A DNA stretch of 64,000 nucleotides from a virus. Numbering within the stretch: the first letter of the stretch is position 1; each line of letters starts with the position of its first letter. Shown in pieces: positions 56,401-64,000 of this stretch. The translations under genes and the position numbers were made by a program. The notes beneath the pieces are model-generated. The model was not told the DNA's origin. It worked only from the letters and a program-made list of their open reading frames with translations, and did not search any database. The stretch covers positions 5,981-69,980 of the IMG/VR virus record IMGVR_UViG_3300045120_000051. One strand, written 5' to 3'.

Positions 56401-56804
56401 TTCTCGGAGCGTGGGACGTAAATGCGAAGGGAGTAGGCGATGAGGCTGCGAAGGTCTTCGCGGGGTCAAATCCTGCTCTTGCTGACCGCACAGTGTGGGA
56501 AAAGGTTCTGAAACCAGAGACGCCTCTTTCAACCATCAAAGCCAAACTACGGCAGGCTGTTGAGATGAGCGAGGGGGCGCTTCAAGCACTTGCTGCGGGT
56601 TACAACGAGGGCACGCGCAGCAATCATCAGCCACGCGAGTTTCTGACGCCGCACACACAAGAAATTTTTGAGGCAGTGAAGGCCAATCGTCCTATCGGAG
56701 ATGTTGTAAAACCGTCTGGCGGGGCCACGGCAACGGACAAGCCCAAGACTGTCATCCAGAATGGTCATAAGTACGAACTGCAACCAGACGGCTCTTATCG
56801 ATGA
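53427..56804 (+). CDS. DNA ejection/pilot internal virion protein
   Basis: Q/A/G-rich N-terminus (PYQ.Y.G..VA, Y..PY.QQVI.AT, GA.GG.R), multiple GG motifs, helical C-terminus. Confidence 0.75.
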   Translation: MGTKNQTTTTQQTPNPTAGAAYNSLLQRASGVADTPYQSYSGELVAPVNAQQNLGIGNINQGAGFAQPYIQQAAQYATNAAQPLTAEDIERYSDPYTQQVINATEGQFAHDNAVQQQGVLGNAAAQGALGGNRVGVAQALTAEGQQRAQAPVIAGLRSQGYNTGLNTAMNQQQQQAQAAYSLGNLGVAGQNAYLTGANAQIGAGTLQQGTQQALNAANYGQFTQAQAFPYQQAQWLAGIDTGVGSQMGGTSQTTKPGPNLFSQIAGLGMAGVGAFTGNPGAVTGGLNTLFGGGNSAGNYGGSPATNPNLNPASFGNLQNPYSNPYVARGGRIEGFDSGGAVVPYGGVGMPYAGAGPSWMPQAQITHGRGLPGVAGGDDTPSSPGVAKIMSDATMLARKFMSQPGGEGARYGGVVAPPSDGSIMVPRGYDDGGGVPLPRPDPRGPPIMIGGVDQRPSSGAPEYGASDHLKAALRAVFEGGKYRESATSRGERDDSGLYDRRRGYEDGGTPTMAGFGSGSMVPQDFNLFDPNPTPAYANGFPPEDRPPSQWDSGKLREVPFDPASFAPGTFGMATPDDQPPDPYIGGRDEAYRAAMAAAGDDPYGAIEARAGVGDSSQEAPAAGVGNTGGWSSGIGPALMSAGFGMMASQSPFIGTAIGEGGLAGLKTYTEGQQREVANRRAEATMARQAEQTNIQQKSLGLRVNELKQRALQAQEALKAQTQRQQEALKSQKERQQEAIKAQQERHDADLAERERLHSNPIKIGENPRTGAAIMGVRDPKNPNQFLDPITREPIDAGTMTGVQPSRPSGTPTAPPAAEPVKPAPLEVKVPESRVKTAFGDEEDAASALRGVLNSGGTPEGVNPDVLDDPMLSEGDRNKVKAIGEGRAAFLPISRGNKENQFIMKKAYEYNPNLDQTMFPRRQRTENFYSVGTQGGGGQQVIALNRFAAHTGSLLKLAESLDESRFPTWNAFRNFASRQGVGVLFGDKKEMQDVLGAWDVNAKGVGDEAAKVFAGSNPALADRTVWEKVLKPETPLSTIKAKLRQAVEMSEGALQALAAGYNEGTRSNHQPREFLTPHTQEIFEAVKANRPIGDVVKPSGGATATDKPKTVIQNGHKYELQPDGSYR

Positions 56805-58705
56805 ACATCCACGGGATCGGCGTCACAGTAGAGGTTCCAAAGGGAGCCACACGCAAGGGCACTGACCCAGATGGAAAATCGTGGGCCACGAAGATGCCCG
56901 CGGCTTACGGGCGTATTCCACGAACTACTGGTGCTGACCGTGAGCCCATCGACGCCTACATCGGCCCCCACGTCAAAAGCCCCAAGGTCTACGTCGTCAA
57001 CCAAAACGACGCCGAGAGCGGTGACTTTGACGAACACAAGGTGTTCCTCGGATTTTCATCCAAGCGTCAGGTGATCCGCACTTACATGGCGGCATTCTCG
57101 GATGGGAATGGCGGAGATCGTCTTGGCCGCGTGTCTGAGATGGACGTTCCTAAATTCAAGGAATGGCTGAAGGGCGACACGACTGAACCCATCAAGCGTG
57201 CGGAAGGTGGTCCGGTAGACAAGCCTGCGTTTGATCCATCGAAGCCGTTCGATCCTACCCCTGCGGTAGAAGCCAAGCCTGCATTCGATCCGTCCAAGCC
57301 GTTTGACGCTCCGACTGAACAGAACCAATTCATTTCGGCCGTAACCGACGTGCCTCACGAAATTTATGAGGCCGGAAGGTCTGCTATCGGCGCAATGTCC
57401 AAGATGAATCCGTTCTCGGATGAAGGTCACCAGCGCACGGTGGAAAGGCTCAAAAAGCCTGCGCTAGAGGCTATGAAGGAACAGTACGGCGATGTAGGTT
57501 CAGCCATTATGGGGGCCCCTGCATTGGCTGGCTCTCCTGTCACTGGCGCAGCGCGATCTCTTGTAGGCCATCCATACTCTGCCATCACGGGCATTCCATA
57601 CGACGAGGCCAAGGGCGCTGTTGACTTAGCGATGTCAGCCGTCGCCCCTCGTGGGGTTAGCCCGATTGGTGCTCGCACTGCCCCAGTGCGCCCGCCTCCG
57701 GTGCCAACGGCAGAGGAACTGCACGCATCTGCCACTGACGCCTATCGGCAGGCACGCGCCACCGGAGTTGAGATTGATCCGCAGCCTATTAGCCACTTGG
57801 CTGCGCGTATTGAGAGCGATCTTGCGGATATGGGATTGACCGCCCGAAATGTACCGGAGACGCATGAGATAATTAGAACTTTGCAAAATCCGCCACATGG
57901 CGGTGTGATGCGAGCGCAGGACTTTGAGAGGGCTAGGCAGGAACTTGTGGCGGCGAGGCAGAATGTCACGAACAGACGGGAGGGTAGGGCCGCTAACATC
58001 GTCATCGATCAATTGGACAACTACCTTGCCAACATTCCACCCGCCCACGTCATCCGTGGTGATGTCGGGTTGTTCCGTGATTTGATTGGTCGAGCCCGCG
58101 GAGACTATGCGGCGGCATCGCGTGCCGATACGACTGCCGGGAAGATTGAGCTTGGCGATCTTAACGCCGGGACGGCCTACTCAGGGCAGAACGTAGACAA
58201 TGCCATGAGGCAGGCAATCAAGCAGTTGATTCGACCGGACAAGAATGGCCGCACGCCAGCACAGAAGATGGGATTTTCTGAAGATGAAATTGCGCAGATG
58301 AATCGCGTGGCGCGCGGTACGGCGACCGGGAACACACTGCGAGCAATCGGTAAGTTGGCCCCCACTGATTTCGTCAAGGTGGCTGGACATGCGGCACTTG
58401 CTCATCAATCCGCAGGAACAACCATCCCGCTCTCCATAGCAAGCTTTATCGCCAAGCGGCTTGGGGACCGAGGAACCTTGCGTGCTGCGGAACGGATGGA
58501 CGAGATGGTACGTTCTCGTTCCCCATCGTATCGTGCCGCTGTAGCGGCGGCGAGGCCAGCACCGATTGCCGGACCATCACCAGCGGCGGGATTTGTTCCC
58601 CTAACTACAGGGGCGGCTGGCATGGGTGCTCCCGCCTTCGGGATGTCATCTCCGCGCATATTGGGTCCGGTGCCAGCCAATGCCGAGAATGACCAACCAC
58701 AGTGA
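56801..58705 (+). CDS. Internal virion protein with N-terminal polyvalent inorganic-pyrophosphatase-like domain
   Basis: E.PKG..R.G.D..G..W...M..AYG.I..T.GAD...ID.YIG, FDEHKVFLGF; FDPSKPFD x2. Confidence 0.75.
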   Translation: MNIHGIGVTVEVPKGATRKGTDPDGKSWATKMPAAYGRIPRTTGADREPIDAYIGPHVKSPKVYVVNQNDAESGDFDEHKVFLGFSSKRQVIRTYMAAFSDGNGGDRLGRVSEMDVPKFKEWLKGDTTEPIKRAEGGPVDKPAFDPSKPFDPTPAVEAKPAFDPSKPFDAPTEQNQFISAVTDVPHEIYEAGRSAIGAMSKMNPFSDEGHQRTVERLKKPALEAMKEQYGDVGSAIMGAPALAGSPVTGAARSLVGHPYSAITGIPYDEAKGAVDLAMSAVAPRGVSPIGARTAPVRPPPVPTAEELHASATDAYRQARATGVEIDPQPISHLAARIESDLADMGLTARNVPETHEIIRTLQNPPHGGVMRAQDFERARQELVAARQNVTNRREGRAANIVIDQLDNYLANIPPAHVIRGDVGLFRDLIGRARGDYAAASRADTTAGKIELGDLNAGTAYSGQNVDNAMRQAIKQLIRPDKNGRTPAQKMGFSEDEIAQMNRVARGTATGNTLRAIGKLAPTDFVKVAGHAALAHQSAGTTIPLSIASFIAKRLGDRGTLRAAERMDEMVRSRSPSYRAAVAAARPAPIAGPSPAAGFVPLTTGAAGMGAPAFGMSSPRILGPVPANAENDQPQ

Positions 58706-58775
58706 TGCAGGGAATGGTACAACCAAGAAAATGACGGCATAGAGTAGCCGCCACACCAGATTCGGAGCCACGCCT

Positions 58776-60878
58776 ATGATTGCGCGCATTGTTGCTGCCG
58801 TTCTGCTAGTTGCCGTGACGTGCTGCGCACTTCCAGCGCAGGCACAATGCACAGGTCAGGCCGCAGCGGGAACGCTATGCGGGAATCCAACGCTCGCGCA
58901 AGCCGTCCCACGGTATGGGCTCCCCGTCGCATTCGATCTTCCCACGTTGTCCGGCAACAATGCCTGGACGGGGACGAATACGTGGTCACCTCCGATTCCG
59001 CTCCTCTATGGAGGCACCAGCGCGGGATTGACGGCAGACAATGGAGCTATTGTCTACTCGACTGCCTCTGCACTTGCTCTGTTGGCACACACCACGACGG
59101 CGGGTCTTCCGTTGTTGTCAGGCAATGCGGCTGCGCCATCATGGGGTACGCGGTCTGGCAATACGACGACATACGTCACGACAACAGGATCTCAGACATC
59201 AGGGAACATTACATCGATAGATGCAAGCGGGAATCATATCGCCAGTGGCACGGCCCTTTCATCAATCGTGACCAGCGGCGGTAGCCTGACCGCGAATCTT
59301 CCAGTGATCGGAGCCGGTGGCCAAGCCGTGGCTGTCGGGACCCGATCCGGCAACACGACACAATTCGTAACGACGACGGGCACGCAGACATCCGGGAACG
59401 TGGTGTCGATAGATGCAAGCGGGAACCATATTGCAGGCGGCACGGCTCTCTCGTCGTATGTGGTTGGTCCTGCCAGCGCATGCGACAACTGTATTGTTCG
59501 ATTTGACGGAACGACGGGTAAATTGATCCAGAATTCGCTGCCCACGATCTCTGACACCGGCATTCTTAATGTTAAAGTTGGCTCTGACTCGGACAGCACC
59601 GGCCAGCCTTCTGGAACTTTTGCTACCATAATCTATAATGCCACCAATAGCACGGGAATGAATGGACTCTTTGTCAAAAACAATTGGACGGGCGGTGACG
59701 GCATTGTCTTGGAAGTCGGCAACGATCTCCTTGGTGGTGCTTATACGTCTCTTTTACAAGCTGGCCTCAATGTCTCGGTCGCGCCAACAGGAAATACTTT
59801 TTCAACCGTTTCAAGCATTACGAGCCAACGGCAGACAATCCAAGCCAATCTTCGCGAAATAACAGCCAACTATGGCGTCATAGCAGACCTTGGAAATGGT
59901 TGTGTTGGTGATATTGCGTGTGGAGACAAGATTGCTCTTTATGCAGGGGCAAATGCAAAAAATGGTTCCTTGAATGTCTTTGCCGCAAACTTCCTAACCC
60001 GTATTGAATCTGGCAACACAACGGCGCAAGGCCTTTGGACGGTTGAGGTTGACCAAGATAATCTCGCCGCCCATTATGGCGACTCGTTTCCATCGCTAAC
60101 CCTGCCCCTCGCCTATGGCGTTGACATAACCGGCGGGAGTTCCTTCCGTTCAACAGCCGCTCTCCACGTTGGAAGTCTCAACACAGGTACGCTGCCGAAT
60201 GGACAATGGAACATGGGGATTTTCTTCGGGAACCCCAGCGCGGTTCATTGCGCGGTATGTGATTTTTCGTTGGCAATTACGTCGTACTATGACACAGGTA
60301 CGCATACTGTATCATTCGATTTAGGCGCGGCTACAAATTCAGTTGGTTGGGCGCGGATAAAGAACAACGACCCACTGACATATAGGAATTTCCTAAACAA
60401 CGCGGATATTTCCGTTCTGAAGCTTGATGCCTCCAATCTTGTGAATCTCTACAACGGAGGATTGACCCTCTCCTCTGCCGGGGTTGTTACATCTGGGAAG
60501 TACATTGGGACAACTACCGGGTTTGCAACCTCGGCAACGGCCGGTGTCAACCTCCTTGCTGGGGGGCTCAGCGTTAAGACCGGATCAGAAGCTGATAGCA
60601 CCGGCCAGCCTGGAACAAACTGGGCGGCGATTGTTTACGATGCGGTGAACAACTCCGGAGCAGGCGGGCTCTTCGTTAAGAACAATTTTGCGACCACTGA
60701 CTCTATCACCTTCGAAGTCGGCACTGATGTTGTTAGTGGAGCCTACGCCTCATCTCTTCGCATCTTTGGGGATGGAACAATTGTAACGCCACGACTTCCG
60801 ACATCGGCCGGTGGTGGCGGTATTTTCGTATGCGTGGATACTTCTGGGAATCTGTATAAGAAGGCTACATGCCCATGA
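58776..60878 (+). CDS. Tail fibre/receptor-binding-like protein with internal duplications
   Basis: GTRSGNTT...SIDASGNHIA.GTALSS x2; DSTGQP...GLFVKNN...EVG.D...GAY x2; signal-like N-terminus. Confidence 0.7.
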   Translation: MIARIVAAVLLVAVTCCALPAQAQCTGQAAAGTLCGNPTLAQAVPRYGLPVAFDLPTLSGNNAWTGTNTWSPPIPLLYGGTSAGLTADNGAIVYSTASALALLAHTTTAGLPLLSGNAAAPSWGTRSGNTTTYVTTTGSQTSGNITSIDASGNHIASGTALSSIVTSGGSLTANLPVIGAGGQAVAVGTRSGNTTQFVTTTGTQTSGNVVSIDASGNHIAGGTALSSYVVGPASACDNCIVRFDGTTGKLIQNSLPTISDTGILNVKVGSDSDSTGQPSGTFATIIYNATNSTGMNGLFVKNNWTGGDGIVLEVGNDLLGGAYTSLLQAGLNVSVAPTGNTFSTVSSITSQRQTIQANLREITANYGVIADLGNGCVGDIACGDKIALYAGANAKNGSLNVFAANFLTRIESGNTTAQGLWTVEVDQDNLAAHYGDSFPSLTLPLAYGVDITGGSSFRSTAALHVGSLNTGTLPNGQWNMGIFFGNPSAVHCAVCDFSLAITSYYDTGTHTVSFDLGAATNSVGWARIKNNDPLTYRNFLNNADISVLKLDASNLVNLYNGGLTLSSAGVVTSGKYIGTTTGFATSATAGVNLLAGGLSVKTGSEADSTGQPGTNWAAIVYDAVNNSGAGGLFVKNNFATTDSITFEVGTDVVSGAYASSLRIFGDGTIVTPRLPTSAGGGGIFVCVDTSGNLYKKATCP

Positions 60879-61105
60879 TGAAACCTATTTTAGCTGTCAC
60901 GGGATTATGGCTTGCCACTTTTGGGACGGCCAATGCTCAACAGCAACCCACCTCGCAACAGATCATTGACCAGCGAGAAGCACTTCAGATTGGCGCTCTT
61001 CTTAAAAACAACATTTCTCTGAGTGTTCAACTTGAGGCGGCAAACGATGCCCTGGCAAAAGCACAGGCTAGGATCAAGGAACTGGAAGCCAAGGTTCCTA
61101 AATGA
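60875..61105 (+). CDS. Small coiled-coil protein with signal-like N-terminus
   Basis: ATGA overlap. Confidence 0.6.
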   Translation: MMKPILAVTGLWLATFGTANAQQQPTSQQIIDQREALQIGALLKNNISLSVQLEAANDALAKAQARIKELEAKVPK

Positions 61106-61236
61106 GCGACGTGATTGATACGCTAGCGATCATTGCGGCCTATGGCCTGAACATGCTGGCTCTCTTTGCGCTTGCGTTTGGTATTGCGGGCGTGCTCGTG
61201 CTTCCAATCGTCAACAAGTGGAAAAATAATCTGTGA
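61102..61236 (+). CDS. 44-aa membrane protein
   Basis: Hand translation MSDVIDTLAIIAAYGLNMLALFALAFGIAGVLVLPIVNKWKNNL; coupled on both sides. Confidence 0.5.
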   Translation: MSDVIDTLAIIAAYGLNMLALFALAFGIAGVLVLPIVNKWKNNL

Positions 61237-62438
61237 GCGAATCGTGGCGCGTTGCCAAATCACTCGACACCATATTGGTGCAGGTCAACGCAAAATGGCC
61301 CGACCGCGACAAGTCCAGCGACGGCACGGTTGCCTCGGATCAGCACCATCAGCAGAACCCTAGTTCTGATCATGAGCCAAATGCAGAGGGCGTGGTTTGT
61401 GCCCGCGACATCACGCACGATCCTCCTTATTTCGACTCCTATGCCTTTGCCGACATGCTGCTGCGCAAGAAGGATGAGCGCATCAAATATGTCATTAGCA
61501 ATAGCCGCATAGCATCTGGCACGGGGCAAGATCATCCGGCGTGGGTATGGCGACCCTACACAGGATCAAACCCACACGATCACCATGTCCACATCTCGGT
61601 CAAGGCCGATGCGGCGCACTATGACGATCCCCGGCCATGGGACATCGAGGGCGGCGACAGCGTTTCCAAGCCCGGCGACGTGCCAGACCATCCGCCGCCA
61701 TTATCGGTCTATCCCCCAACCTTGAAACTCGGCAGCAAGGGCGACGACGTTCGCCGGGTACAGCAGTTGTTGATGGTTGACGGTATCTTTGGCGACCTGA
61801 CGCGGATTGCCGTTACTGACTTCCAGCACGATAAGGGACTTGCGACTGACGGGATTGTGGGGCCTGAGACGTGGCAGGCGCTGCTCAAGATCGCACCGTT
61901 GCCAACACCCGTGGTCCGGCCGTCCCTGTATCTGACTGGAAAGTGCAGTTGGTTCGGGGGCCCGCTCGATACCGGCGTGACGCCCAGTGAGGGGCTAGCT
62001 TTTATCTATGCCGTGGAGGAGCAACCGACCATCTTCCTCCCAGAGCAACCTCCCGGTACGACCGGACTGGCACGGCGACTAGACCCGGCGAAACTCTTCA
62101 TTGCGTGCCGCTGGTCCTACGACAAGCCGTACCAATCCAAGGTCGATTTGCTCAAGCACAAGGCGCGGGTTCGTGCGTTAAAGACCGGGAAGGAGGCCGA
62201 CTGTTGGCCCGCCGATTGGGGGCCAAACGAGGCGACTGGACGCATTGCCGATCTCAGTCACGGCCTCATGACCTCGCTTGGAATAACCACTGACGACGAG
62301 GTCGAGGTAGTGTATCCGTCAGATATCCCGTCTATAGTGGCGAAGCCTACACCGTCGGTTCCCGCCCCGGCAGACTGGCGCGATTTTGATCTCTGGGGCT
62401 GGTTGAAATCAATGTTCTTCTCTAACCAAGGAAAATGA
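61233..62438 (+). CDS. Modular endolysin: M15-like peptidase + PG-binding + DPBB-like domain
   Basis: SDH.PN...A.DI...H.HHVHIS; L..GS.G.DV..VQ...DG.FG..T..AV..FQ...GL..DGIVG..TW; DWGP...TGR.ADLS. Confidence 0.8.
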   Translation: MSESWRVAKSLDTILVQVNAKWPDRDKSSDGTVASDQHHQQNPSSDHEPNAEGVVCARDITHDPPYFDSYAFADMLLRKKDERIKYVISNSRIASGTGQDHPAWVWRPYTGSNPHDHHVHISVKADAAHYDDPRPWDIEGGDSVSKPGDVPDHPPPLSVYPPTLKLGSKGDDVRRVQQLLMVDGIFGDLTRIAVTDFQHDKGLATDGIVGPETWQALLKIAPLPTPVVRPSLYLTGKCSWFGGPLDTGVTPSEGLAFIYAVEEQPTIFLPEQPPGTTGLARRLDPAKLFIACRWSYDKPYQSKVDLLKHKARVRALKTGKEADCWPADWGPNEATGRIADLSHGLMTSLGITTDDEVEVVYPSDIPSIVAKPTPSVPAPADWRDFDLWGWLKSMFFSNQGK

Positions 62439-62441
62439 GCC

Positions 62442-62978
62442 ATGAACCCACTGTCTCTTCTCATCCCGCTCCTGACGCACATGGACCAGATCATGAGCCT
62501 GTTGCCGTTCGTGCAGCGGGTGATCGCGCGTGGATTTACCGTCAATTCGATTGCGGAAGACCTCAAGGATTTGGGTAGTACGCATCTTCTCGACTGGCTT
62601 TCACACAACGGTGCGGCATTTTTCCCCGACGTTAAGCCTGATTTGCAAGTTGCGGCCGGTGCCGTGCTCGTTGCTCCTGACTACGTGATGAAAATCCAGC
62701 AACTGCTGAATAAGGTTATGTCACCATCTCCCAACTTGGACATTGACGGGCGGCTTGGCCCGAAGACGAGGGCCGCAGTCATCGCATATCAGACTGCGAA
62801 GGGTTTGACCGTTGATGCGTTCCCCGGCGATGCCACGCGGGCCGCGCTCGAAGCCGATTCGGTGAAGACCACCTCGACTGCGCTTGGCGGCTCGGGTGAG
62901 GCGGCAAACACCGTCGAGGTTCCCAAGGTGGCACCCGCCGCAACTCCGGCACCAGTTCAGGCACCGGCCGCAGCCTGA
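62442..62978 (+). CDS. Peptidoglycan-binding domain protein
   Basis: IQQ.LN...L.IDG.LGP.TRAAV..YQ..KGL.VD..PG..T.AAL. Confidence 0.8.
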   Translation: MNPLSLLIPLLTHMDQIMSLLPFVQRVIARGFTVNSIAEDLKDLGSTHLLDWLSHNGAAFFPDVKPDLQVAAGAVLVAPDYVMKIQQLLNKVMSPSPNLDIDGRLGPKTRAAVIAYQTAKGLTVDAFPGDATRAALEADSVKTTSTALGGSGEAANTVEVPKVAPAATPAPVQAPAAA

Positions 62979-62981
62979 CTC

Positions 62982-63326
62982 ATGACCGAACAACACTATC
63001 ATCACCACTTTTATCACCATCACGATCCTGGTCTTTGCGAGGTCAAGGCCGAGATCGCCAAGCTGCGCGACCTCATCATCAGAAACCAGGAGGTCCTAAT
63101 GGCCACGCTTGATGAAGTTCTTGCGGAAGTCACCGACGAAAGCAGTCGCCTTGATAGCATCCAAACTCTGATTGACGGCATCAAGCAGCAGCTTGCTGAC
63201 GCTCTCTCCGGTGCGGCGTTGCCGCCGGCTGTGCAGCAAAAGGTTGATGCGGTGTTTGCTGGGTTGACGGCAAACAAAGCCAAAATCGACACCGCGCTCA
63301 ATGCTGGAACGCCGCCCCCGGCCTAA
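62982..63326 (+). CDS. Hypothetical coiled-coil protein (alternative start MATLDEV with AGGAGG RBS)
   Basis: ORF in lysis region. Confidence 0.6.
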   Translation: MTEQHYHHHFYHHHDPGLCEVKAEIAKLRDLIIRNQEVLMATLDEVLAEVTDESSRLDSIQTLIDGIKQQLADALSGAALPPAVQQKVDAVFAGLTANKAKIDTALNAGTPPPA

Positions 63327-63383
63327 CCGTGACCTCCAACATACCGGGCCGCGGGTGACTGCGGCTCGGTTTGGACTGTCGAA

Positions 63384-63479
63384 ATGATGTTTATTTTCCA
63401 GATGCTCGCAACGGTCTTTTGGTCCGCAGTCATTTGGACCTTCATCTGCGCCGTTTTTGGATTCTGGGCTTGGTGGTAG
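63384..63479 (+). CDS. 31-aa hydrophobic peptide
   Basis: Hand translation MMFIFQMLATVFWSAVIWTFICAVFGFWAWW. Confidence 0.3.
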   Translation: MMFIFQMLATVFWSAVIWTFICAVFGFWAWW

Positions 63480-63481
63480 CA

Positions 63482-64000
63482 ATGATGACCAACCCAATCG
63501 TATTCTGGAGGGATTGGTGGAGCACCCTCAGTGCCGTTGAGCGGGCTGTCGTCGGTGCCCTGTTCGTCGCAGCGATCATCATCATCCTCGTGACGCCAGC
63601 CGGTGCGCAGGGGGTGCTTGAGCCGTCAAATAATGCTGTTTTGATTGCTCTGATAGCCGCCACGCCGTTGCTGCTGACAAGCCCAATCATCGCATGGATG
63701 AACGAACTGAGCCGCAGGCGTGACCGTGAGGAGGACAGAAGGGATCGGGCCGCGGTTGCAAAGGAAGCAGAAGATCGGGCCGCAAGGGCCAATGAGAGTG
63801 CCAAGTTGGTTGTAGCCAACACGGCGTCAACGGCGAAGTCGGCCATTGATACAAATATGAAACTTACCGCGGTGGCGAAGACAACCAGCGTCATCCACAC
63901 CCTTGTCAACTCGCAACTGACGGCTTCGAAGCAAGCCGAGTTTGATTCGATCACCCGTGAACTGGCATTGCTGCGGGAAATTGAGGGCATCGGCCCAGCC
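63482..64000 (+). CDS. Holin-like membrane protein (runs off window end)
   Basis: Hand translation: two hydrophobic segments then charged coiled coil and ...VIHTLVNS..; lysis region. Confidence 0.55.
   Translation, partial: MMTNPIVFWRDWWSTLSAVERAVVGALFVAAIIIILVTPAGAQGVLEPSNNAVLIALIAATPLLLTSPIIAWMNELSRRRDREEDRRDRAAVAKEAEDRAARANESAKLVVANTASTAKSAIDTNMKLTAVAKTTSVIHTLVNSQLTASKQAEFDSITRELALLREIEGIGPA

Noticed and set aside
63442-63990. - strand 182-aa ORF
   Set aside because: Antisense to a + strand holin-like ORF running off the window.
1-64000. tRNA/tmRNA genes, integrase/att sites, IS elements, reverse transcriptase/DGR
   Set aside because: No supporting motifs seen by eye; the duplications in 58776 differ at mixed, largely synonymous sites rather than specifically at adenines.

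Overview
The window looks like most of a tailed dsDNA phage genome, podovirus-like, with an alphaproteobacterial host inferred from GcrA- and GapR-like genes. It is truncated at both ends, and I saw no integrase, polymerase, tRNA or CRISPR array. Gene order: (1) leftward recombination genes (ERF), then a divergent promoter and a Cro-like HTH; (2) regulators and DNA-modification genes (GcrA, QueF-like, DpdA/TGT-like, GapR-like, a frameshifted Mom-like GNAT, RusA, SF2 helicase, ParB-methyltransferase); (3) terS, a repeat-punctuated array of small genes, terL, portal, GroES and scaffold; (4) an inserted sugar-biosynthesis block (double GT2, RfaE/HldE-like, radical SAM, split transketolase); (5) capsid, fibre, adaptor and nozzle genes, polyvalent ejection proteins and lysis genes. 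The standout is 26816-28006: a lone 204-aa RAMP/Cas7-like gene flanked by non-coding arrays of GGY-NN pentamers. The variable dinucleotides of one array, read as a gapped NN-x code, spell a diverged allele of the neighbouring RfaE-like gene (30/40 positions match 28363-28422, skipping the codon wobble base). That points to an RNA-guided, non-CRISPR system aimed at related competitor phages, with a possible translational autoregulatory switch in its leader. All protein calls come from motif recognition by eye; no searches were run.
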